Shown: in pieces, positions 1 through 11,570 of the stretch
How the letters are laid out: every line of letters begins with the position of its first letter
Position numbering within the stretch: the first letter of the stretch is position 1
NCBI RefSeq assembly: GCF_001194135.2
Contig: NC_068995.1
Span: 1,247,830-1,311,829, forward strand
Direction of reading: 5' to 3'
Origin: Octopus bimaculoides
Lineage: Eukaryota
DNA: 64,000 nucleotides
Program-made: the position numbers and the translations under genes
Notes under the pieces: model-generated
What the model was told of the DNA's origin: nothing
The model's input: the letters and a program-made list of their open reading frames with translations, nothing else
Database searches by the model: none

Positions 1-2060
1 TATATATATATATATATATATGTGTATGTATGATTACCAAATATATTAGACTCAGCGGAAGAGGCTGAGGATGTCTTTGTGTAATAAACAATGATTAATA
101 GATTAAAACTGACATTTCTAACCAAACCTGAGCTGCTGCTCCTCTTTGTGTTGCAAATGTTGCAGCCTTTTTATTTGGAACCGTTTCTCTCCCTTTCCTC
201 CCCCTTCCCTCCCCCACCTCATCTCTTTCTTTCTTCCTCTCTATCTACATCAGATTACCAAGTTACACAACAATGTCACGCAGCTAAATGAGTGTTATCA
301 CCATCATCATTAATGTCATCATCATCATTTTCACATGCTTTATTTCCACGTCATTATCACAAAAGACTGCTTTGTCAATGTCTGTCTGTCTGTCTCCCAA
401 CGAAGGCAGGTTTGTGAATGTCCATATTTGCTGAAATGTTCGCTGAAAAACTATCTGTTCTCCAGAAATGTCTGACTTTGATTAGGTTTCAACAACTACT
501 AATTGGTCAACCATGACACCTATTCATGCACCTCAACATTTGGACAATTTGTAATTCCACCCCTGCTCCTTTTTTTTTTTTTTTTAAACTTAAATCTAAC
601 AATTGATCAACTTCCGATGTCTCACGTAAAAAAATGGAATTCCTGTTATGTAGTGAAAAATGTTGTCAGTAGTTACTCATAGAACTGGAATATTCTCTAA
701 AGAATTTAATCTAGAAGTTTACAAAACCACTAAACCTCATTGTCTGAAGAAAACTTAAAGAAATTTTTTCTAATTTTATTTTAAATTTAAAATAAGGGAA
801 ACGTTTCTGTGTTGACTGAGAAATTAGTTCTGCAATTTTTGTAGGAAGAGAAAAGTGTTAAGTGTTCTGTTCATGTCTTCCCCAGGAATTCTTCAGCAAT
901 TGAATTGCCTCCAGCCAGAATTTGAGATTTGTGTGTTTTGTAGCAAAATTGGTTCAAGGACAAAATATGAATAGGAAAGTTTGTGATATAATTCTAGGGA
1001 AAAAAGGGATTGTGTGAAGTGTTAAGGAAGGGGTCAAGATGGTGAGTCACTGTGAGGAGTGGGTGGAGTAGGTGAAGCACATGTCACAGCATTGGGCTCA
1101 ATGCATCACCATGGGAAGTAGGTAGAGTAGATGTAATAAGTGGGTTCAGACTGTTGTAAGTTCCAATGAGAAGTTATTAAGGAAGAAGGGTTAGGGGGAG
1201 AGAGTGAGGGGACACAGCATCAGTGTTGGCGACTGTTGGAGAGCAATGTCTTCTCTATGAAACATGGGGGATGGGGTCTTTTTTTTTTTTGACATAGTCT
1301 GGAATGATGTGTGACTTTGTATTTGGTGACCATCCTTGATAAGAACTGTAGATGTTTCTGAGAGAGTAAGGAACAAATGAGCTTGCTAAGAAGTCAAGGG
1401 TTCATACACTGGTTCCACTGCATGTAAGTCACCAGAATGTCTCATTGTCAATGGCCCAGCCCATCTAGCTGTAAAAAGTAGGTACTGCTAGCTCTCCAAT
1501 GCTTTTGGTAGGAGCACTGTAAAATTCACGAGTGTTTCATTAGCTTGTAGTTGTTGAGTTCATAGTTGCTCTGTAGATCTATGACGGGAAAGGACTGTTC
1601 TCCAGGGTAATCTTAGGTCTGCATTCATTTATGCTGTTATCTAAACCAGTTCATTCAGCCTTGAGAGAGGAAATTTGAAGTTAGTCAACATCATTATATA
1701 ATAAATTTCACTTCTTTTTTTTTTTTCCTTCCAGTATCGAATCCTTCATTAGTAAATGTTTGTTTTTATTTATCAGTTAAGCACCCAAATTCTATTATTT
1801 ATAGTTTTATTTGCTTGGAGTTCCACTGTTAAAAACAATTTCAGTCTCCTAAAGTTTTTGAATTCTTAGACCTTCAACTAATGTTTCAATAAACAAACAA
1901 ACACTTGTAGGCTGCATGTGCAAACACACACACACACACACACTGTGATAATTTGAGAATGGAGAGGAGTGAATGATTTGATCGCAGAATACTGAAAGCA
2001 CAAGTTCTGCTGGGTTGGGCATGCCTATAGGGTTCAGACAACAGGTAAACCCATGCAGTT

Positions 2061-2198
2061 CCAAGAGATTGGAAAAAGCCACTTGGAAGGCCTCAACAAT
2101 GTTGGGAAGACGATTTAGTTAAGCAATTTGGAACAAAATGGAAAAGAGTGATGCAATCAAAAGACAATTGGAAGTGCATTGTGACTAGTGAGGTCTGA
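2061..2198 (+). mobile_element. 3'-terminal fragment of an RTE-clade LINE ORF
   Basis: Translates PRDWKKPLGRPQQCWEDDLVKQFGTKWKRVMQSKDNWKCIVTSEV*, like the RTE C-terminal pattern KRxxGRPxxRWxDD...W.R.AQDR..WK (from memory). Confidence 0.65.
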
Positions 2199-2218
2199 TT
2201 GATACAGAGATATTTTAT

Positions 2219-2362
2219 TTTGGCCAAGTCAGTCTCTGGTTACTCTGAGTTTCACCTGATGAATGCGCAGGATCTTCATTTAAATTATCAGTCATAACTT
2301 ACCTGAAGATCCTGTGTACCCACGGGTGAAACTCAGACTGGTCAGAGACCAACTTGACCAAA
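2219..2362. repeat. Imperfect inverted repeat, arms about 60 bp (2219-2278 / 2304-2362), 25-nt spacer; MITE-like hairpin
   Basis: Left tttggccaagtcagtctctgg...ctgagtttcacc...caggatcttca versus reverse complement of right tttggtcaagttggtctctga...ctgagtttcacc...caggatcttca. Confidence 0.8.
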
Positions 2363-4630
2363 CTGAAATACATTGTTAATCCCCGTTATGGTAGTGAGTA
2401 CTCTTTTTTTCCCTGACCGTCAACAACACACACACACACACCCACAGAGGTTTTGTTACTTCAACTCTAGCTGCTGTCTTTTGGCTGTGAGTAGGAAACT
2501 CCTCTTTTCTCATGTTTTTTATGTGGTGCCAGAGAAATACTTCCATGTGTGGTTTCCACACATCATAGCAGTGGTGATTAAGGTTCATGTCTTGACCAAT
2601 CCATCCTCTTTTTTTAACCCTAAGCAAAGTCTACCTCAGGCTGCATTACATAATGTCAATGGTTGGGTGTGATTTGAGACAAATTCAGCTTCTGTTTCTA
2701 GCAAGAATCGTGACTACACAGAGGCTGTCTATCAGGTAGACTGTTGGAGAAGGTGTATTAAGTTTACATGTTTGTAACTAGGATGAAAGTGAATTGTAAT
2801 TACACTAATGAAAGGAAACCAGTGACGACTTAATCTCTCTTCCATCTTCAATCTCTTTCTCTATTGCTCCGTCTCTTGCCATTTTTTTCTGTAAAGTTTC
2901 TGTTAATATTTCTTTATTCAGTAATGGTTGCCTTAGCATGACATGGGTTCAAGTTGCAGTCATGATTGCTGTTGCACATGTGTGTAATGGCCTTCTCAAA
3001 ATAGTTTCCTTAAAAATTTGCCCTGTGAGAAACGAGGTATCATTGGTTTGTTGTTTGCATAATTACTGGATAAATTGTTATTTTATGACTGGATGCTCTT
3101 CCAATCACTAAACTGTAATAAAAATAAAAAAAGGCAGTGAACTTGTTATTCATCAACCTCACAAACTGAGGCAAGTAAAACTATGCTTCGTCCAAAAGTA
3201 AAAAGAAAAAAAAATTGGTAACCATAGTAGTGAGGTTTGAACCTGTGACTCTATGGCTTGTAGATGTACACTTTAGCATCTCTGCCATTTTACCTCTATT
3301 TACTGTTTAATTGGCAAAGCCTTGTTTTCTAGTATCTGGTGTAATGCTCTGTATATTTATATTGTTCTGTTTTGTTAACCCATACAGGGATTTCATATGG
3401 ACAAAAGTAAGCTACCTGTATGGTTCTATAATAATATTATTATTATTATTATTAGCAATAACAAGCTCTTCCTATTTGTTGGCATTATCAAACTTGCATG
3501 GACCTTTATGTTTAGAACAACTGTTAACAATCTGTAAATTGGTAAAAAGACCACAAATATCTACAAATTTGTAGATTGTTGAATTGTTAGCTATTACTGG
3601 CCGATGTAGTGAAAAGTTGACAAATGTCCTATACAGAATTTCTAAAATACTCAACACGTTAAGATTTAAAACAAACAAAAATTAATATTTTTCAAAATAA
3701 TTACTGTGTTATAACTTAGTTTTACTTTTTTAGTGTTTTAATTAAATGATAATTTTTGGACATATATTTTTAGTGCCATTTAAAATATATTTCTCCTTAT
3801 CTTTTTCGATTTTATTGAAATGCACCACTCTCCAAAACAAACAAAAAAATGTGGTTTGTATAATTATACCCATGTGGTTTCTATTTTAATAAATATTAAA
3901 TTTAACGAAGCCTCTTATTCGATACAACCAGTTGTTCTATCATTAAGATGCTGTTAACGACAAATTAGTTTCTATGTAACTTGTTAAACAAATAATTTTT
4001 TTTTTATATATAAAAGTGATTGAAAGGAATATTCTCATTCGACCAATGATTTTTGGTCCATTTTTGTGCCTTACCTATTCTTTCATATTTCAATACTTTC
4101 ATGCCAATTTTGAATTCTTTCCTGGTTTAAAATGTCTCATAAACTTTTTTTCTTTTTTTTTTTGTATAATGAAAACCTTGAATTAAAAATGGTCTGTATC
4201 TTTTTTAAATCTGAATTCAATTATTTTTTGTTGTTCTTTGTTCTATCATTATTATTATTATTATTTTTCTCCTTCACATCCCTCCCAAGTTGTATGTACT
4301 GTATAAATATTTATATTTTGCATGTTCTCTTCCTGTGTATCTTCTGTTAGTTTAACTCTTCCATGAACATCTCTCATTGTTACTTATTGAAGCATTTCAA
4401 ACATGTGATAGTCAAAGAGTAAATATATATTTTTTTCTGTGATGGGAGGGGGCCCATCAGATATTGCTTAATGTTCTAAGAGATCTTCAACTTTTATTCA
4501 AACTAATTGCTGTTATGAGATTGAAGTTTTGTAAAAGTTTCTGAAACTGTTAAAATTAATTCTTATCAATTGATATTTAATCCATAATTGTTAATCTCAG
4601 TATATTTTGTCAAACTAATGATTATGGAAC

Positions 4631-4666
<36 letters not shown>

Positions 4667-4912
4667 AAAATCCATATAGTGTGAAATATACTGTGATGTC
4701 AGTCTAAGTGCCACTCCAATATAATTAACCTCACATATTATGTAACTTTTCATTTATGTGCAATGGTGCTTGAAATGAAGTGGTACAGAAACAATTGTAA
4801 CTAATTATAAAGTTGTACTAGATTCATTCTTCATTGTCTTATTTATAGGTCTTAGCCATGATGGCTAAAACAAAGTAAAGAATTAACTTTGACTTAATAT
4901 TGGATTACAATT

Positions 4913-5152
4913 AGGCAGTGAGCTCACACAACCATCACTGTGCCAGACAAAATGCTTAGCGGCGTTTCTTTAGACTTTACAATTGCAGTCCAAATGTTTC
5001 TGAGGTCAACTCTGCCTTTCATCCTTTCACGATTGATAAAATTAGTACCAGTTGAGTACTGAGGTGGTGGTGGGGGGGTTTCCATGTAATCCACTTACCC
5101 CTCTCCCTGCCTTCTCTGAAATTGCTGGCCTTGTGCCAAAATTTGAAACTAA
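4913..5152 (+). mobile_element. tRNA-derived SINE, family A
   Basis: ggcagtgagctc...aaatgcttagcgg...gcctttcatcctttc...gataaaattagtaccagttgag...ggccttgtgccaaaatttgaaac; more than 15 related copies in the window. Confidence 0.75.
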
Positions 5153-6171
5153 TATTGGATTACAATATTAATATACACACAATTTCATGGATAATTTACC
5201 TTTATATCAATTAAGTCTCATTAATTATATAATTTTGTGGTGTAATATACTCTAAAATTCTTGTAGTTCTTGCAGACTCGGATCTGAGATCAGAATTTAA
5301 GAAGAAAGACTGTTGATGTATGAAAAGTGCAGAGAATAAAAATATAGTTTAAATGTTGTTATTGTTGAGTAGATCCGTTCAGTTCTGCTGAGCAAATAAA
5401 ATATTTGATGCCCAAGTAACCGTTTACAAATATCGGGAATTGTATCCAAGACTGATTGTACCCTTAATTCATTGTTTTGATGGTCCTGCCTGAAGATTAC
5501 CTTGGACCCAAATTCAATGAGTTTGGTAGTTCCATTGATCAAACAACCAAACACAGAAATTCTGATTGATATCTGTTTTATGCTCCAAATAAGCTACACA
5601 TCAGTTTGTTCTGGAACTGTATACTTCACTATTTCAGGTTAATTCTTGGCATGAAAGACTGTGTAGAAAAAGACCAGTTCAGGTTCAAATCTTTTGAACA
5701 GTAGACATTTTGTTTCCAAGAACTTTTCATTGTTCTTAAGAATTTACCAAATTTTCATTAATTGTTCTCAAAATTTTAAATTTTAATTAATGAAGAAAAA
5801 CATTTTATTTTTTAAATGACATTGTTTAAATAATTTTTAGCTGAGGTGGAATGTGGGTTTGCCCCTGGTGACTTAAATCTTTAAAATCTAAATCCTAATT
5901 GTTGTCGTCTTTCTTGTTTGTTTCTTTTTCTTCTTTTTTTTTCTCATAAATGTTAGCAAGAAGTTTGTAATGTTTATGTATTACTTGGAAATAAAATTAA
6001 ACATAAATCAGAGTAAAGGTATGAACAGTGACATTTAGCAACCAAGAAATATAAAAAAAAAATATCCTTGTAAAGTCAAATTGGAGTAGACTGGACTGTT
6101 TCAACGTATTGGGTTTCATCAAGTACAATTACTCGAACATGAAATTGTGCCATGTAGCCCTGCTTGATTGA

Positions 6172-6371
6172 TTGTTTACTCTTTTATTTGTTTCAGTCAT
6201 TTGACTGTAGCCATGCTGGAGCATCGCCTTTAGTTGAGCAAATTGACCCCAGAGTTTATTCTTTGTAAGCCTAGTACTTGTTCTATCAGTCTCTTTAAAT
6301 GAACTGCTAAGTTATGGAGATGTAAACACATCAGCATCTGTTAAGTGATGTTAGGGGGGGGGGACAAACAT

Positions 6372-6416
<45 letters not shown>

Positions 6417-6592
6417 CATACATACACATAGACGGGCTTCTTCCAGTTTCCGTCTACCAAATCCACTCACAAGGCTTTCGTCGGCCCGAGGCTATAGTAG
6501 AAGACACTTGCACAAGGAGCCATGCAGTGGGACTGAACCCAGGACCATGTGGTTGGTAGGCAAGCTACTTACCACACAGCCACTCCTGCACC
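6172..6592 (-). mobile_element. Near-intact tRNA-derived SINE, family B head + internal microsatellite + tail type C
   Basis: Minus strand: A-box-like TGGCTGTGTGG, B-box-like GGTTCAGTCCC, conserved ccttgtgagtggatttggtagacggaaactg, (TA/TG)n, tail ending catggctacagtcaaatgactgaaac. Confidence 0.8.
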
Positions 6593-7665
6593 TATGTTGT
6601 TTACCTGATATATTTTTACCTAATAGAAGTGTTGTCTGAAAGTTGCAAATAGTGTGTCAAGCTTCCAGTTAAGAAGTTAGTGGTCCATATCTTATCTGTC
6701 AGCATTTTACATTGTGTGTACGGTGACAACATTTAACTCCTAAATAGCCAAGTCCACTTACTATCAATAGATATTTGAGAGTGGTGGTTGGATAACTCAC
6801 CATATGTAATTGATGTATTTTGTTAGTTAGTGATAAGAACCTACGCAAATGTAAAGGAATTGCCAAACTGATAATTCCCACACCCCTGCTTTCTGCATAA
6901 TTTAGGTCTTGAAAAATGTTTTAATTTCATGATCTTCATACAATGGTTCACAGTTGTGATGAGTGTTATTGATACAGGAGGTGATCAGCCGTTAGCTAAA
7001 ACATTCAAGTAAGCAACTACTTTATACTCTTTAGTTTTGTAACCGTATGTTATGGGTTCAAGTCAGAGTGAAGTTTATTTAATTTATATTTTGTCATCAC
7101 TGTGAACTTGATAAAATAAGTGTCAACTAATAAATAAGGGAAGATTCTTTTAAATCTACTCCTTTCTCTTGTAGACATGACATTCTTAATATAGAAAACA
7201 TCTGTTAATAATAATGAATGTCTCTTCTGCTTTTTTTTCTTCTTTCTTTTGAATTGTCAAAAAATTACAAGAATTGATACTCAGATATTAAAAATAATAT
7301 CTAGAAAAAAAAAAGTCCCACACTTTTTTTTATATATATATATATATATATATTACCATCACCTGTCTCTAATCCACCCAAAAATCATTTTCCCCCCCTT
7401 TTGATGAGGGGTGTGTTTGTTTTGGTTCTACTTCCCCTTGGTTTGTTAACAGAACACATTTAAAATGTAAATCCTATCTTCCTTCGTCTGTATCTGTTCT
7501 ATCACACCAAAAGTGCCTATGCTGTGTGTTTGTTTATTAAGCGTATAATATCCCTCGTTAATTTACTAATAACAACAATGGTAGAACATCAAATTGTCAA
7601 CTGCTTCCTTTTACACCTCTTTCATGTCTTCTTAGAGAGAAGAATTCAAAAGCAATGGGAGATAA

Positions 7666-7668
<3 letters not shown>

Positions 7669-7707
<39 letters not shown>

Positions 7708-8240
7708 NNNNNNNNNNNNNNNNNNNNNNNNNNNNNNNNNNNNNNNNNNNNNNNNNNNNNNNNNNNNNNNNNNNNNNNNNNNNNNNNNNNNNNNNNNNNN
7801 NNNNNNNNNNNNNNNNNNNNNNNNNNNNNNNNNNNNNNNNNNNNNNNNNNNNNNNNNNNNNNNNNNNNNNNNNNNNNNNNNNNNNNNNNNNNNNNNNNNN
7901 NNNNNNNNNNNNNNNNNNNNNNNNNNNNNNNNNNNNNNNNNNNNNNNNNNNNNNNNNNNNNNNNNNNNNNNNNNNNNNNNNNNNNNNNNNNNNNNNNNNN
8001 NNNNNNNNNNNNNNNNNNNNNNNNNNNNNNNNNNNNNNNNNNNNNNNNNNNNNNNNNNNNNNNNNNNNNNNNNNNNNNNNNNNNNNNNNNNNNNNNNNNN
8101 NNNNNNNNNNNNNNNNNNNNNNNNNNNNNNNNNNNNNNNNNNNNNNNNNNNNNNNNNNNNNNNNNNNNNNNNNNNNNNNNNNNNNNNNNNNNNNNNNNNN
8201 NNNNNNNNNNNNNNNNNNNNATATATATATATATATATAC
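7669..8240. repeat. (TA)n microsatellite flanking a 513-nt N gap (7708-8220)
   Basis: Pure TA runs on both sides of the gap. Other gaps: 18935-19227, 31071-31128, 54078-54355, 55505-55514, 57801-58610, 59993-60184. Confidence 0.9.
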
Positions 8241-9199
8241 ATACAATCTCATCCCATGTAAAAAAAATTATATATACATATATATATAAACGCAATCATT
8301 TCATTTGTTGTTTTAAATTAACAAATCTTATTCACATCTGATATTAAAATTTTTTTTTTTATGTATCAAATATCAGTCTGATTGTTGATGTTTTTTTTTC
8401 TTTTCAATTCATGAAACTTTACAATTAAAAAAAAAAATAATAAAATAAAAACGGGAGAAAATGTAAAAAACAAAAACCAATCATGGTATTATATCTCAAT
8501 AAAAACTCACTGTTGATCAATACATATACATATCTATATTTTGTTGCTGATTTTCTTTTAAGCGTTTGAGACATTTTGGCACCACTGATTCAAGTCTGAC
8601 TTATTTGAAATCAGATGTTTTCATGTTTCTCTCTCTATCTCAGCATATTTCTGCTTATGAGGAGAGAGAGAAAGTATCAATCATGTTTAATTAATACATT
8701 GCAATGTTCTTCTCTTTCCTTATATATTTCTGCATGTATGTGTATGTTTGGATCTAGTGCCAAAGCCTCCAAAATGGTTTGAGCACCCAGTCACCCATCT
8801 CAAATTGTCAGCATCCAAAGAGCCATGCCTGGTTATCTTCTTCCATCTCACTATTACCATTCTAAATCGGTGCTACTTGACCTTCTGCAACTCAGAGCTT
8901 GCTTTCATCAAATGCTGCTTTACAAAAGACCTTAACACATTTTTCCGTGATGGTCTATATTTTTACACAAGATGACTCCTGACGTTGCTGCATGGAATGT
9001 AGCTCCATGTTGAATTTTGCATTTTCAAACATCATCATCATCATTCATATTTTCTTTTCACTGGTAACACAATGGATTATCTTCTATTGTAATCCTGATA
9101 AAAAAATTAAAATTTTTTTCAGATTTTTATATCCTTACTTGTCACATGGGAGACTGGGGTTCAAATCCTTGCCAGGGAGGTGACAGGCACTTATATGCC

Positions 9200-9545
9200 A
9201 GTATGGCTGTGGGGTTAATTAGTTTGCTTCACAACTAAATGCTTTCAGGTTCAGCCCTACTGTGTAGCCACTTGGACAAGTATTTTCTCCTATGACTCCA
9301 AGCAGACCAACATTTTGTGAATTAATTTGATATGGGAAAGTGAGAGCAGCCAATTATGTGTGCCTTTGTGTTCGTTCTCAAACCCTGCTTGACAACTGGT
9401 GTTGGTCTGTTTACATCCTTGTAGCTCAGTGATTCAATAAAAGAGAATGATAGAATTAATACCAGACTTAATTTGTTCAGCTACTCAATTCAAGGCAGTA
9501 CCCCCAGCATGGCTACAGTCCAATGATTGAAACAAGTCAAAGGTC
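9200..9545 (+). mobile_element. Diverged SINE, family B head + tail type C
   Basis: tggctgtggggttaattag...ggttcagccctactgtg...; tail ccccagcatggctacagtccaatgattgaaacaag. Confidence 0.65.
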
Positions 9546-11469
9546 AATATGATTAATGCAAACCCTTTGGGGCCGTATTGTAGGAAAACTGAAAGCAGTC
9601 AACGAATAAATTGAAAAGAAACAGGTTTTTAAATGACAGAAACCACTTTATAGACAGGAAATATTACAAAGGAGGGCAGACATTGCGCTTTATCACAGAA
9701 ATGCAGATTTTTCCCTCAATTCTCACATTTTTAGTGACATCATTTTTTTTTTAACATGGTGGGGATGGGGGAGTAATTTCAGGTTTGGTTTTAGTCGAGA
9801 TTGATGCTCTGCCATGCAAGGTCCTCCTTATATTCCGACAGACGTAAAAAGAAAAAGATATTTCAATTTGGAAGAAGTGAAAAGAAAAGAATTAGCAAAC
9901 ATTGGACATTATTTTCTTGAATATGGCACAAAAACAAATACTGCAGCAGTAGTAGTAGTAGTGTTACTACTACTACTACGATGACCTCCAAGTTCATGAT
10001 TCAATAAAGTACATTTGGAACAATTTTAGCATCATTCAGCAATGTGTTTGTGTGTATAAATATGTGTATATATGTATATACATATGTAAGCGTATGTATA
10101 TATATATTTATATGTATACAAACACACACATATGATGTATAATTGTGTCCATAGATATATAGATTTGATATATACATAAATATATATACATATATATATT
10201 ACACGTATATGTGTGTATATATATATATTTGTATGCGTGCACAGAAATTTGGGGGACCTTAGGATAAGACTTAGACAAACTTATCAATAAAACAAACAAG
10301 AGAAGAATTGGTGGGTGGTAAGTAAAAGGTCCCTGTTCCAGATGTAACTCTCAAGAAGTATTATTTGATGACTATGAGGAGAGAGAGGTGGAGAAGAAAC
10401 AAAACTGTCAAGAACAATTGTGCATTCTTACAAGACAACTTACTGCAAAGCAGAGACCAAGGTCCCAGGATTAGCAAGGTGGAGAAATAGTTATGGAAGA
10501 TAAGCCCATAAAAACTATGAAGCACCGGATGAAGTGGAGAGTAAAGAAAGATATTGGATAACTCGAAGATTGGATAGCATCGAATATATCTACAGGAATA
10601 AGGTCTAAAAGTTTGGGAGAGGGGGTTTAGTCAATTATATTGATTCTAGTGCTCAACTGGTATTTATTTTATCGACTCCAAAAGGATGAAAAGCAATGTC
10701 AACCATGGCAGGATATGAACTCGGAATGTAAAAATGGACAAACTACTGCTAAGCATTTTGCCTGGTGTGCTAATGGTCCTGCCAGCTCGCTGTCTTGTAT
10801 CTGCATGAAATAATGGTACAGCTAAGTGAAAAGTAAGAGGTTTGCCTCAATGTCAGAATATTACTCCAGCCCCTTCGCAACTGGTGTTGGTTTGTTTACA
10901 ACCCTGTAACTTAGCAATTCAACAAAACAGACCAATAGAATAAGTACCAGACTTAAAAAAACACAAGTACTGGCAGGGGGGGGGGATTTGCTTGACTAAA
11001 ACCCTTCCAGGTGGTGCACCAGCATGGCCATGGTTCAATGACTGAAAAAAGTAAAAGAGATATTCAGATTATTTTCAGAGTTAACGAAGGGGTGTGGAGA
11101 CAGTTGTAGCAATGGATTGGCTTTGGCTGGGGTAGCAGGTTCATTGTGAACAGCTGCAAGGGCCAGGGAGATGCTTTAAAAGATGCAGCCAAGAAATTGG
11201 TGAAGAAAGTTGGAGAGAGAGAGTTATGGTAGAGCTAAGCCAGATGTAGTTTTGGATTTGTTACGATGAGGAATTGCCAGTTCTCTTTAAGAATACTGAA
11301 GTTCTTAGTCAAAATACAAACCAGCAAGCATCAGGGAGTTAGAGACAGCTTCTGGTAGAACAGCATACTTCCTTGTCTGAGTGTCGCTGAATAATTTGCA
11401 AAAGCAATGCATGCCATGTACAGGTGTGTCACCAAGAAAGTAAGAATGGGTCATACGTTCGTTAAGAAG

Positions 11470-11570
11470 GTGTGCAGATTGGTGTCCATCGGGGCTCAGT
11501 CCTCAGTCCCTTCCTATTTATTGCAGTTCCCTCCAGTCAATAAAAGAGGGGTTCAAGACTGTCTGTAGTC
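11470..11570 (+). mobile_element. RTE LINE reverse-transcriptase fragment
   Basis: ggtgtccatcggggctcagtcctcagtcccttcctattt = GVHRGSVLSPFLF (RT motif GV.QGS.LSP.LF); embedded in other decayed LINE-like DNA at about 11100-12500. Confidence 0.6.

Noticed and set aside
5297-5554. KLIEFG in a minus-strand ORF resembles the kinase DFG motif
   Set aside because: EFG rather than DFG, and no HRD, APE or other kinase motifs at the right spacing.
5957-6018. 7-10 nt micro-exon candidates (5957-5966, 6012-6018)
   Set aside because: AG...GT pairs this short arise often by chance in T-rich DNA. They also show why the upstream micro-exon chain is rated low.
6525-6592. tRNA-like A/B boxes (also at about 27945, 32055, 33250, 52990)
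   Set aside because: SINE heads: they run into repeat bodies and lack a full cloverleaf or acceptor stem. No true tRNA gene was seen.
6956-7020. Perfect C box GTGATGA as a possible C/D snoRNA
   Set aside because: No CTGA D box at a suitable distance; the sequence grades into a SINE-like head. No convincing snoRNA was found in the candidate micro-exon introns.
7524-8295. Long ORFs crossing N gaps (also 18869-19555, 30859-31411, 54061-54399, 57769-58674, 59957-60298)
   Set aside because: They are open only because N codons contain no stop; the flanks are (TA)n or (GA)n repeats.
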